Positions 1-10,077 are shown, counted from the first letter of the stretch. The stretch: 22,092 bases of DNA from Ginkgo biloba (GCA_024626585.2 JANKJI020000001.1:14725550-14747641); one strand, 5' to 3'. The notes: generated by a model from the sequence alone, not told the origin. Numbers and translations: made by a program.

Positions 1-1040
1 GATTGGTCTCTTTCGTCTCAGTTGTATGCAATTATTTTTCTCGATTTTTATTATCGATTTAACCACCCCTCACCCAAACAAGTCTGTTTGTGTGCATAGT
101 GGCTTTCTCTTGGACATGTCTGGCAACGTCTAAAGCCTCTAGAGGTATGACGACCTCCCTAGAGGCATCCCACTATCCTCGAGCCTCTTGGTTATTGTTG
201 CAACGTATTGGTTCCTCCATTGGGCAACCTTAGAATTACCACATTGATTACCGACCTCTATTTTTCTCACTTGTGAAGCCTCCTAGAGGTAGGGAAACCT
301 CCCCATGTTGAAGCAAGCACCATGACCTTCCAGATGATTGCACAAGATCACTACTACTCAAAAAACGTTCCATGACTTTACCCATGGCCTTATTCAGCTG
401 AACACTCTCCACATAGGGTCCTCCAAGGTCTAAGACCCTTCCTGAAGTCAATCGACCTGCCTTGGGCTCTCGAATTGTGTTGCGATCTTTGGAGTGCTGC
501 ACAAGTTGGGCAATCCAAATCTTTCTATTTAAAAAAAAAATTACTTTTTAGCCCTAAGTCAACTTTAGGGATACATTTTAATTTTATGCAAGTTGTCGAT
601 CACTAGGATTGTCAATGCGACCTTAACTTCTCTTCCAAAGGTGCTTAAAGGCTTTATTTAGCCTCTTTTACTCGTCTTCATGCATTTTTTAAGCCCCATG
701 GTTTCACGAGTGTCATTCTTTAAGCCCAAGAGCGTGTTTCCACTTCATAATTTCTTGTTTCGTTGCTGCCAGGCTCTAAATTTCTCGACAACTTCTCTCT
801 TTGTTCAAATAATGCCCTTTTGCTATAAGTTTTAACTTATGCAGGGAGGACAAATGGGCTTGAAGAAAGAAGTATTACTGGTTTTTGATACCATTCCTAC
901 CATAGACAACTTTGAGGAGATTAGTTAGCAACAACAATGCATGATTTGACAACAACATGTCGATCTCATGTAGCTAGTCCAAACCATGCAGGCACAAAAT
1001 TCACGCTNNNNNNNNNNNNNNNNNNNNNNNNNNNNNNNNN

Positions 1041-2290
1041 TTGATTCGAGTCATTACCAAGATGGAGATCAAGCCATATAGTGGAGTGATCGATGCAGAA
1101 ATCTTGGATGAGTGCATTTGATACCTTGAGGTATATTTTGAAGTATAGTCTTACACTAATGAGCAAAATATTATGTTTATTAAAATAAGGATCATAGGTG
1201 TGTATTATTATGATGTAATGTTCATTTTTCTACACATGAATCTATTGGAAACCCACCAATTATAGATTGGGAAGAGATCTTGAAGAGAAATAATTGAAAA
1301 ATATTCTATCCAAGTGACTACTTGGATAACATAAAGAAGAAATAACATCAATTATGTCAAGAAAAGGATCAAAGTACTTAATAATATAGTAGTAATTTCC
1401 TTCAACATAATATCAGACTAGTTAGGAAAGACTCAAAATAAGAGAAAATATTAAAATTTGTTAGTGGTATCTACTCCTTTATACAATAATAGTTAGAATT
1501 TATGGATATTCCAAACTTGGATAAAGGCTTTACTTTAACACCAAAATATGAAGAAGAAACATAAAAGATAACTCCATCACTCTAAAAAGGAACTTCATCC
1601 TTCAAAATCAAATGGAATGATACAGAAGAAATCTCTAAGGGGAATCCTCCTCAAGTTATAAATTCCTTTAATTCTAAGAAATAAAAATATTATACTTTTC
1701 ATAAAAGCAATGCACACAATATAGAAGAATTTTGATCTTATAAGAAGAATCAAAAGATGTAATCCAAATCCTTACTGGAAAATAGGAAAGAAGAAGAAGA
1801 ATCCAAATTTTTTAATCTTATTATATATATGATATTGGACTCAATACTTTCTTTCATAGCTTCTTCCACCACTAAAGAGGATCAAGAGAGTTTGTTCATT
1901 TATCAAGCTTAAGTAAAGACCCAACTAGTCAAAGTAATCTTTGATAATGGGAGCATGAAAAATCATATTTATTCTTCTATTATATCCATTATTCATCTTC
2001 CTATAGAGTATAACCCATTTCCTTATATATTAGGTTAGACTTGTTCAAAATTTTAAAAAAAATAGAGGTTATAAAGGTTTGTAATTTCAAATTTAAAATC
2101 AATTCATACGTCAATTCAGTTATTTATGATGAGACAAATATAGATTGTTGTGATGTATTTTTTGGCATGCCTTACCATTATGATAGGTATGCATAGTTTG
2201 ACACTCAAGATAATACCTACTTTAAGGAAACAAGGAGAATCTATTATCTATGATCCCTTCCTCCTTATGAGAGATAAGCACCATTTACTA
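1041..2290 (+). pseudogene. Degenerate Ty3/Gypsy gag (retrotransposon gag core, decayed zinc knuckle) plus aspartic protease
   Basis: Manual translation across stops and frameshifts gives the gag core KMEIKPYSGVIDAEILDECI*YLEVYF ... PPIIDWEE ... FYPSDYL ... LCQEKDQS ... LKFVSGIYSFIQ. KYYTFHKSNAHNIEEF at ~1684-1733 is a decayed CxxHx4Hx4C knuckle. LVKVIFDNGSMKNHI...HLPIEYNPFPYILG* (D at 1943) and DCCDVFFGMPYHYDR are retropepsin-like. Confidence 0.85.
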
Positions 2291-2792
2291 TTCACTCGTC
2301 GTCAAAAGTACTTATGAGATCATTTACATACATGAATTTTCTCTTATCACACATTATTCCATTGGAGGACCATGTAAAACACAAGGACAAGGAGGTGTCC
2401 ACTCCTTCATTTTATTTATAACATCAATAAATGGATAAGGGAAAATAGGACCAATACCTTCCATAAGATAGTGTCATTCCTTAAATAAGAATATTTCTAC
2501 TACAAAGGAGAAACCATCTTCATCACCTACTAATTCTACTTATATTCTTATGATTCCTTCTTATTCTCCACTTTAGGGAAAAATATATTTAGTGCCTTCC
2601 ACTTGGGTTACAAAAGGAGGAAAAATACATGCCTCTCTTCACTTGTTTATACTCCACTTCTAAATTCTATATCTTGTTCTATGCATCCCTCTCCATCAAC
2701 TTCACTTGAGATGACTAATAAATGCTTACCACCTCCATATACACTTTGAGTCTACTATACTAGTTTGAATTGTAATGGACACCATCACACTT

Positions 2793-2805
2793 AAGAAGGT
2801 AGGAA
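2793..2805 (+). promoter_or_regulatory. Polypurine tract (PPT) of LTR retrotransposon
   Basis: AAGAAGGTAGGAA lies just before the putative LTR start. The preceding ~80 nt align by eye with 4120-4220, which also ends in a purine tract followed by TGATG. Confidence 0.55.
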
Positions 2806-2806
2806 T

Positions 2807-3369
2807 TAACATGTTTCATAATCCACTTTTCTTATCTGATTGCAGTACATATTAATAAATTTAATTAATACTCACAAACTTGTGTAAATTTACATAACTA
2901 AGTCCAATGATACGCTTAGTTAGTAAATATGATCCCTTATATGAGAAACTAATTAATTAGATAAGGATTTAATTTCTAAAATAAGATATTAGATATTTTG
3001 AACATTATTAGCTAATCTAGGAAAGTATTGTAGTGCATACTTTCTAAATATTAGAAATAAGACTTTTCTAAATTCCTAGCTTAAGATTTTATTTTTTCCT
3101 TTCTACATACTTTTATCAAAAAGGGTAATTGATATAAATCCATGTAATAGTTGATTGTCAATTCAAATAATTGAGTCTTCATTACATATTGAGAACCATC
3201 AATCAATCAATCAAATTATTAAGTTTTATCAATCATTGAAGAGTAAAAATCAAGTGTGGATTTCAATTTTACACATTGAAATCTATGAGTACTTATAGAT
3301 TCTAATTTGCTTATAATTATTTTTTTTATTATCTCTATTTGAAATTATATTTCTTTATTTTAAGCTACA
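2807..3369 (+). mobile_element. Putative 3' LTR of the gag-protease element (right end uncertain)
   Basis: It follows the PPT and starts TAACATGT, against TGATGTGT in the paralog at 4222. TATAAA-N3-ATGTAAT at 3133 matches the same motif at 4487. It shares ACTTTCTAA..TTAGAA motifs with the paralog and has a candidate end GCTACA at 3364-3369, also seen at 5126-5131. Confidence 0.5.
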
Positions 3370-4207
3370 TGTCAACCATAAACTAAGTTCAGGAAGCTAA
3401 AAATATGATTATCGAGGTTTTCGTAAGTTGTAATATAAAGGAGATACATGGAAAAAAAAGTGCAGCATCTCTATTAAAAAAAATCATGGCATAGCATGAG
3501 AAAGGTGCAATGCAACAGGTAAAAAGGCATAACATTCTGAGTTTCATGTCTAAGGGTGAATTAGTCCTAAATTTATCAAGATGGTCAAAGTTGCCTTAGG
3601 TCTATTCCATTTGATAAGCCTCATTTATCATCTAAAAGAAAAGAAACCTCTTTTCCAAACTTCCAAGGATTTATTTGGGTGATCCCAAATCCCAAATTCT
3701 TCTACATGTTCATTCTATGATTGTTCTTCAATGATCCATAATTTGGGACACACCATGCTTTTCNNNNNNNNNNNNNNNNNNNNNNNNNNNNTACGATAAG
3801 TGTCTTACCCTATTCCTCATAGGTCAATGAGTACTCAAGTGAATACCTATAATACCATGGATATTTTAATGCTTTTATAGTAATTATCCCATTTATAAAT
3901 AAACATTCTTTAATCTATTATTTCACCACTTGACATGCCAATTATTTATAGTTCACCATAGATGTCCATTCCACAACCCATTTTATTGATGTACATGAAT
4001 GTGGATCGCTCTCTCANNNNNNNNNNNNNNNNNNNNNNNNNNNNNNNNNNNNNNNNNNNNNNNNNNNNNNNNNNNNNNNNNNNNNNNNNNNNNNNNNNNN
4101 NNNNNNNNNNNNNNNNCACTTGTGATGCTTAACACCTATTTACCTTTTGCATGGACACTTAGAGTCTACCATACCAATTCCAAATATGATGCGGATCATC
4201 ACAAACT

Positions 4208-4220
4208 AAGCAAGGAGGAA
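4208..4220 (+). promoter_or_regulatory. Polypurine tract (PPT)
   Basis: AAGCAAGGAGGAA followed by T and then TGATGTG (LTR start at 4222). Confidence 0.6.
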
Positions 4221-4221
4221 T

Positions 4222-5225
4222 TGATGTGTCTTGTGTTCATCCTTGCACGGCCTTTTGCACGCCACATCGCATTTTTAACTTAATTACTCATTTTATTATT
4301 GTATAATTGTGTAGCTAGGCCAACGATCTAGGGTGCACATCTGCCAATCATTGTCCATATATACTACGGTTTACTTTCTAAATAAGAGATTAGCTATTTT
4401 CAGACTGTCAACTATTCATAGAAAGTGACGTAGATAACACTTTCTAATTTAGAATTAGGATTACTATTTTGAGACAGGAATTTTCCTATAAAGCTATGTA
4501 ATCAAGATCTATTTATTGCTCCTTTGAAGTGGAAGCACGTGATCCTAGCAGATAATTGGATGATTAGAAACAGTGGCAGATGTATTTGGGACACTATAAG
4601 GCTTGTAGGTCTTTTTCACCTTTCAAGGAAGAGATCATGCCTTGTATTTAAAAGAACTTGACACTTTTAGAATTGAACTAGCAGAACGAATTAGGGCTAG
4701 ATNNNNNNNNNNNNNNNNNNNNNNNNNNNNNNNNNNNNNNNNNNNNNNNNNNNNNNNNNNNNNNTCTTCTTGCCTTTTTAGGCAAAAGGCAGGTGATGTA
4801 ATTCTTTTGTTTATTTTAGTAATATAAGCAACATTTTCCAAAAGAAAAAAAAAGCTATGTAATCAACTCATTCCGTTAGATTGAAAGACGAGAGTTTTGA
4901 TAATCGAAGAGCCGAATCTTTTACATCTATTATCTTATGGTTTTTGTCTCTTAGTTGCTTCTTATTTACTTCTCTCAAATTACGTAATTTCTCTCTTTGG
5001 GTGAACCTAAAGCCGCAAGTCTTCCACCCGCATTCTCTTGGGTCGTTCTTTAGCAACCCTATGCTTTAGCTTCATATTAGGCTCACTATTTTCTTCTTTA
5101 TGTTGTAATTAGAAAAATTGTGCATGCTACATGGTTACAGACCATCGAATAAATTCTAGCTGTTGAGTTAGCAATTGTTGTCCCTTGAGTTTATAGATGC
5201 TAGAAATTTAGTTGGGATCTTAACA
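4222..5225 (+). mobile_element. LTR (TG...CA) interrupted by a truncated LINE; alternative end at 5131
   Basis: Starts TG right after the PPT, has TATAAA at 4487-4492, and ends ...TTAACA at 5225 immediately before a tRNA-iMet PBS. Confidence 0.6.
4506..4850 (+). mobile_element. 5'-truncated L1-type LINE (ORF2 C-terminus, 3'UTR, A-rich tail) with 16-bp target-site duplication
   Basis: Flanked by a perfect AAAGCTATGTAATCAA at 4490-4505 and 4851-4866, and ends in CAAAAGAAAAAA. It encodes LKWKHVILADNW...IWDTIRLVG and LYLKELDTFRIELAERIRAR, homologous to the minus-strand LINE end at 17340-17710 (LKWKDVTLGDN*...TWDTIRIVG...LHLKELDAFRFELVEQIWAR). Confidence 0.88.
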
Positions 5226-5226
5226 G

Positions 5227-5238
5227 GGGTATCAGAGC
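5227..5238 (+). promoter_or_regulatory. Primer binding site complementary to the tRNA-iMet 3' end
   Basis: GGGTATCAGAGC matches canonical TGGTATCAGAGC at 11/12 positions and lies 1 nt after the LTR-terminal CA. Confidence 0.85.
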
Positions 5239-5559
5239 TATCAATTTTGGTGCTATGGGTTTACGGGAGGATTTCTTGACTACTCAGTCAAATGAAGATG
5301 TTAGGAAGCAATGAATTCAGTTGGGAACAATAATCAACCCTTCGTGATGTGCTTGAAGAAAATCTCAAACCCATAAACCAAGTAATAGAGGGCATTATGT
5401 AAAATTGTAGATCTATTTCAGTAGATGAATAGGAATAAAAAATAGTCAAGAAGTACTTGGAAAATCAAAAAAATTTCCTTTAAATCCATGTCATGTTATG
5501 CCTAACAAAGAAATTTTGGGGATGAATTATTAGTAGGGACGCACTACATCTATTGGACG

Positions 5560-5800
5560 AGGAAACCGACGCATGTTGAAAATGACCGAGTTGGTTTACC
5601 GACAAGCATTGGAGTGAGGATGGTTGACATTGACATGGATCACTCTTCAACACCTACACCAACAAGAAATAGTGCTATACCGACCTGAGTTGGCTCATCG
5701 AAAAAGTTTGGGGTAGGCCTTTCTAGCTCTTCATCGACACTATCGAAAGATCCCGACGTCAGCTAGCCGACATGAGTTCACCGACTTCAGTCGGAGTGAC
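5560..5800. repeat. CCGAC/GTCGG-rich repeat block, related to 11700-12020
   Basis: About 7 CCGAC/GTCGG words, the palindrome CCGACT-TC-AGTCGG at 5781-5794, and an exact 14-mer AGGAAACCGACGCA shared with 11824-11837. Confidence 0.55.
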
Positions 5801-6269
5801 NNNNNNNNNNNNNNNNNNNNNNNNNNNNNNNNNNNNNNNNNNNNNNNNNNNNNNNNNNNNNNNNNNNNNNNNNNNNNNNNNNNNNNNNNNNNNNNNNNNN
5901 NNNNNNNNNNNNNNNNNNNNNNNNNNNNNNNNNNNNNNNNNNNNNNNNNNNNNNNNNNNNNNNNNNNNNNNNNNNNNNNNNNNNNNNNNNNNNNNNNNNN
6001 NNNNNNNNNNNNNNNNNNNNNNNNNNNNNNNNNNNNNNNNNNNNNNNNNNNNNNNNNNNNNNNNNNNNNNNNNNNNNNNNNNNNNNNNNNNNNNNNNNTG
6101 CTCGAGCTTCGGCATTCAGAAGGGCAGTAGGTGCAACTGGAAACCTCAGACAGGTTGATACATTATGAAATATGGAAGGTGTTCATGTTGGAAGCAATGA
6201 TAGAGAATGAGCACATGGAAAGGCACATGAGGTTTTGTCAGAGAGATGAATCACAAAGAGCTTGGATGT

Positions 6270-6467
6270 GCTTCCATTAAGCAACAACAGAATAACTTGG
6301 GTGCAAGATTTAGTCTTATTGATCCTGCATTCCTAGAGGCTCTTCTTGAAGATCTAAGAATTAAGGTCCTTGCTTCCCAATAGAATCATGTGGCACAAAC
6401 TGTTCCCTATAATCTGCCAACTACTAAAGCTATTGATCTAGAATTTCTTGCCACTCTTCCTCCAGAG
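6270..6467 (+). pseudogene. UPL1-like: Fragment of UPL1/UPL2-type (HUWE1-like) HECT E3 ubiquitin ligase: tandem UBM (DUF4414) motifs
   Basis: The frame of ORF 6390, read through TAG at 6381, gives IDPAFLEALLEDLRIKVLASQ*NHVAQTVPYNLPTTKAIDLEFLATLPPE. This matches the plant UPL1/2 pattern IDPxFLEALPEDLRAEVLASQQ...IDPEFLAALPP as I recall it. It may extend upstream to the gap at 6098. Confidence 0.85.
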
Positions 6468-6551
6468 TGTGGAAAGGAAAACATTATTGAGTTGGAACCA
6501 GGTACAACTTCAATAATGATTCCTCCTTATAGACAATCCCATTATAACAAT
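6456..6551 (+). mobile_element. Short Ty3/Gypsy pol fragment (protease-RT linker)
   Basis: LPPECGKENIIELEPGTTSIMIPPYRQSH matches the Gypsy pre-RT motif LPPxRxxEHxIELxPGxxPxxxxPYR. Confidence 0.8.
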
Positions 6552-7154
6552 CTCGCAGGAAAAGTGATTGATGATCCAATACTGATTTCAAGTGGTCATA
6601 CCTATGAGCAAGACACAATCTTGTGTGAGTCTGAAAATATTGAGTTGAAAGATCCCATCATTGGCAAGGATTTGCAGAATTTTTCTTTGACACCAAATCA
6701 TGCATTGTATTGTACTATAAAGTACTGGAGGTAGCAAAATTATGTAGCCTATATTTTTAAAGCAAAGATTAAATTGGAGACACGAGTAGAGGTTGTGCAA
6801 GAAAAAAACACTCACAACTTTGTTAGATTTCTGCAATGATAGTGCTAATGATAAAGACTGGATGGTGTTTGAATATTTAGTTCCACTTGTTTTGGAAGCA
6901 TTAAAGCCTTGGAATAATGAGTTAAAGGCGCTCTGTTTTTCAATCCTAAAATCAATTATTAAAGACAGTAATTATTGCAAGGAAAAGCTAGCTTAAGCTA
7001 GAGGGATTAAGCAGATCATTGGAAAGTTGAACCGAGACCCTGTAGTTACAAGGGAAGGTGTAGCCCTGCTATCAGAGTTGATAAATATAAGAATTTGCTG
7101 GAATAGCTGGCTCAAGAATGTGGTGCTATCTTGACGCTTGTAACCATTTTAGTA
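6552..7154 (+). pseudogene. PUB44-like: Fragment of plant U-box/ARM E3 ligase, PUB43/PUB44(SAUL1)-like
   Basis: U-box: GKVIDDPILISSGHTYEQDTI...DPIIGKDLQNFSLTPNHALYCTIKYWR. ARM region: *QNY...AKIKL..., DFCNDSANDKDWM..., KEKLA*ARGIKQIIGKLNRD...REGVALLSEL, GAILTLVTIL. Stops at 6732 and 6994, frameshifts near 6805 and ~7100; runs into a gap. Confidence 0.85.
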
Positions 7155-7254
7155 NNNNNNNNNNNNNNNNNNNNNNNNNNNNNNNNNNNNNNNNNNNNNN
7201 NNNNNNNNNNNNNNNNNNNNNNNNNNNNNNNNNNNNNNNNNNNNNNNNNNNNNN

Positions 7255-8419
7255 TCTAGAAGATCATATTCAAATCTTCAATTATGTTGTGGAAAAAACA
7301 ATAGTGGATAGAGGTTCAAATGTTATTGTCTATCTAGAATCAACTTGGAGAATTGGATTATATACCACCTTGTTATACGAATTATGTGGCTGACCAATTT
7401 GAGATTCGACTTAAAGTAGTACTCCAAGATGTGCCTATAACAATTGTAAGCATTACTGTAAAACAAGACTTTGCAATAGTCCAAATGGAAACTAACTTCT
7501 CCTACTCCACACTTCTAGGAAGACAGTGGCTATACGCCATAGAGGCAATTTAGGACTAGGGGAAATAGCAATGGATGATACATAAAATTCTAGTAGTATC
7601 ACACAGACCCTGGGCAGAAATAATTCTTAACTTGGAATGACATATCAACAAAACAACATCCAACACAACCATTGCCACTGAGGCTACGGCAAGCTCTTAT
7701 TAAGAATTTTCCTATCATGCGATTCAAGACTTCCTAACCATAATCAAAGATAACATCGAAGAACCTATAGAGCAAGGATAAATTGAAGTAAATAACAAGG
7801 ACTCCCTCTCAGAGCATATTCTCTGTTGGTTGAAAGGAGCTTATGCGACCTCAAATGCGCGTATTTGTTTCTGCCAGATCCTTGTATATGATGATGAGGA
7901 ATCAGATGAGGAAAGTAACTACGATGATATATTATCAGAATCTGATGAGTCAAGTGATGATGAAGTAGAAGAAGAAACTAACCTCCTTGGAACCACAAAA
8001 AATGTGTTAATCTCAGTCATGTAATAAATTCCTAAATTTAGCAAATTGAACTTGAAAGGAATGGGCAACAACATGCCCCACAATGCATAAAGATATGGAT
8101 GAATAACCACTTTTGGGGATGACAAAAATGCAAGACCATGTTTTCTATAACATTTGAGAGACAAGCTTTTAGTTGTTTTTTAGCTCGTAGAGTAGAATCT
8201 CGAGATTGGGACCACTTACGACATTACTTTGAGATGCGATTTAGAGGATGTTGGTCACCACCATTAGCAATATATAATGTATGGGACCCCTCACAAAATT
8301 TTGTTGATAACAATTGAAATTTCACCTCGAAGGCAAAATTGAAGTCGCAAATACATGGTATCCGAAATGGAAGAGATAGAGATAAATTATGATGCAAGAT
8401 AAAATCTCAAGAGGGTGAT
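7255..8419 (+). pseudogene. Degenerate non-chromovirus Ty3/Gypsy (Athila/Tat-like) aspartic protease and downstream acidic linker
   Basis: TIVDRGSNV (cf. IVDGGSGVN), VADQ, LQDVPITI, DFAIV and YSTLLGRQWL are retropepsin motifs. An acidic tract lies at 7890-7980 and the rest is heavily decayed. Confidence 0.7.
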
Positions 8420-8792
8420 NNNNNNNNNNNNNNNNNNNNNNNNNNNNNNNNNNNNNNNNNNNNNNNNNNNNNNNNNNNNNNNNNNNNNNNNNNNNNNNNN
8501 NNNNNNNNNNNNNNNNNNNTGGTGACAAGACTAGTTGAGTTGATGGCTGTATTGCTCCATCATTACCTTGACAACCACTCCAAATTAAAAAACACACATG
8601 TAATGCCAAAATCTTGAATGACTAGCCATTTTGAGGGGAAATTGATCATAAGAGAAGCAAAGTGACTGCAAGAAGATACCAAAGCAACCAAATGAAGGAA
8701 TTGTGTTTAATTGCTTTAGGTCAGAGTTGCCATGGCTAGCACNNNNNNNNNNNNNNNNNNNNNNNNNNNNNNNNNNNNNNNNNNNNNNNNNN

Positions 8793-10077
8793 ATATTCCT
8801 TGTAATAAGGAAGAATTTAAGGGCTTCCATAACCCCACCCAATCAAACAAGCCTTGGAGAAGGCGCAACTTGTTGCATATCTACTAATGCATCCGCTGGT
8901 CTATGAGACAACCCAACTTTCATCTATTGTTGGAATGGTGGCAATAGCTCCAAAAACTATGATTATAACCTAAGTAGTAATCCACATAGTTATAGGGTTG
9001 TGACTTGGCAGGGCCGAAGTACCCATAGTAACACATCAAGATAGGCAAGTAATTGTGGAGAATTTTTGCTTGCAGGCTTCCAACGCAAATACTTCAAGCA
9101 TACGCATAGATCGGCTTCGTGATCTCCAGTTGAGATGGATAACGCAATTAATTATTGCTAGCTTGTTGGGAAATTAGAAAGCAATGTATATTCCAACTTA
9201 GCTACGAACAACGCTACTGCAAGTATAGGCAAGTAATGTGTTCAACTGGTGCACTTTTATTATTTTCGCATAATGACTGTGTTATGAAAAATTAAAGAAC
9301 TGCCCAGATCTTCTTCATTCTTCCTGCCTACAATCTTCCAAGAGTTGTTATTAGCACAATGCCTCAAGGTTGAATTACCCATTGTCGATAACTACCCTGA
9401 GTTTTCTTGGCTAGTAGGATGGTTGGAAAGGTATTCCAAAAGTTCCATCATAGAAGAAAATGTGGTGCTATTGGGAAAGGTAATGACAGAGGTATTGATA
9501 TGGCTAAAGAAAGGCTATGATAGCCATAAGGAAAAGGGAACAAACAATAAGAAGGGAACATATAGTAAGAAGGAGTCAGACAGGTGAAAAAAGGATACTG
9601 TCAAGAAGAAGGAAACAAAAAATAAAAAGGAGTTGTTGAGGTCTTCATCATTGGCTTGGACCAGGCCTCAGAAGTTGAAGAAGAATTGAGAAAAGAAAAG
9701 GGAAAAGAAGCAGTAGTTAAAGAAGCACCAGGAAGTCTTGCCATACCCCACCAAGGCACCAATTGACCCCTTATCTAAGGTAACACGTGACATTGGTGTG
9801 CATGTTGCATTAGGATCCATTGCTAGCTTGGTTGCTGAACCATCCATAGAAATTATTGTGCGACCAGGTTGGGTCGATGCCATCCTTGGTGGTCGTATGA
9901 AATTAGACTGGATAGATAGAATAAAAGTCTTTAAAGAAGGGTTAGATAAATTATAATGTGAGTTGTTAAGCCACAAAGCATGAAAGGCAACATTCGTTAC
10001 TAATGTTATTCAGATACTATTAGGGATCTGTTTCAAAAAGTTAAAGACCCAACTTGAGGTGTGACTCATGAAACAAT
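8793..10077 (-). pseudogene. Probable degenerate gag-protease of an LTR retrotransposon
   Basis: On the minus strand, CVIH-LTGD-H-EADL-C at ~9103-9146 forms CxxHx4Hx4C if a 1-nt frameshift is allowed. Downstream, DALVD/(frameshift)ATSCAFS at ~8855-8895 resembles a protease active site. Boundaries are set by gaps. Confidence 0.4.

Noticed and set aside
248-502. 84-aa minus-strand ORF
   Set aside because: No recognisable motif in the frames I translated; possibly a disordered TE region, but unsupported.
880-893. Reverse PBS-like TTTTTGATACCA
   Set aside because: Only 8 contiguous matches and no adjacent TG LTR edge.
3792-4016. Possible minus-strand Copia RT start (GC/EW..VNYK, YSLEYSLTYEE)
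   Set aside because: Needs several frameshifts and matches are weak; too degenerate to call without a search.
5542-5550. CACTAC next to CCGAC repeats, suggesting a CACTA terminus
   Set aside because: No matching GTAGTG end or 3-bp TSD is visible, and the related block at 11700 sits in LTR-like context.
6390-6996. Intact PUB gene
   Set aside because: In-frame stops, frameshifts, a missing U-box N-terminus and foreign upstream sequence make it a fragment, not a functional gene.
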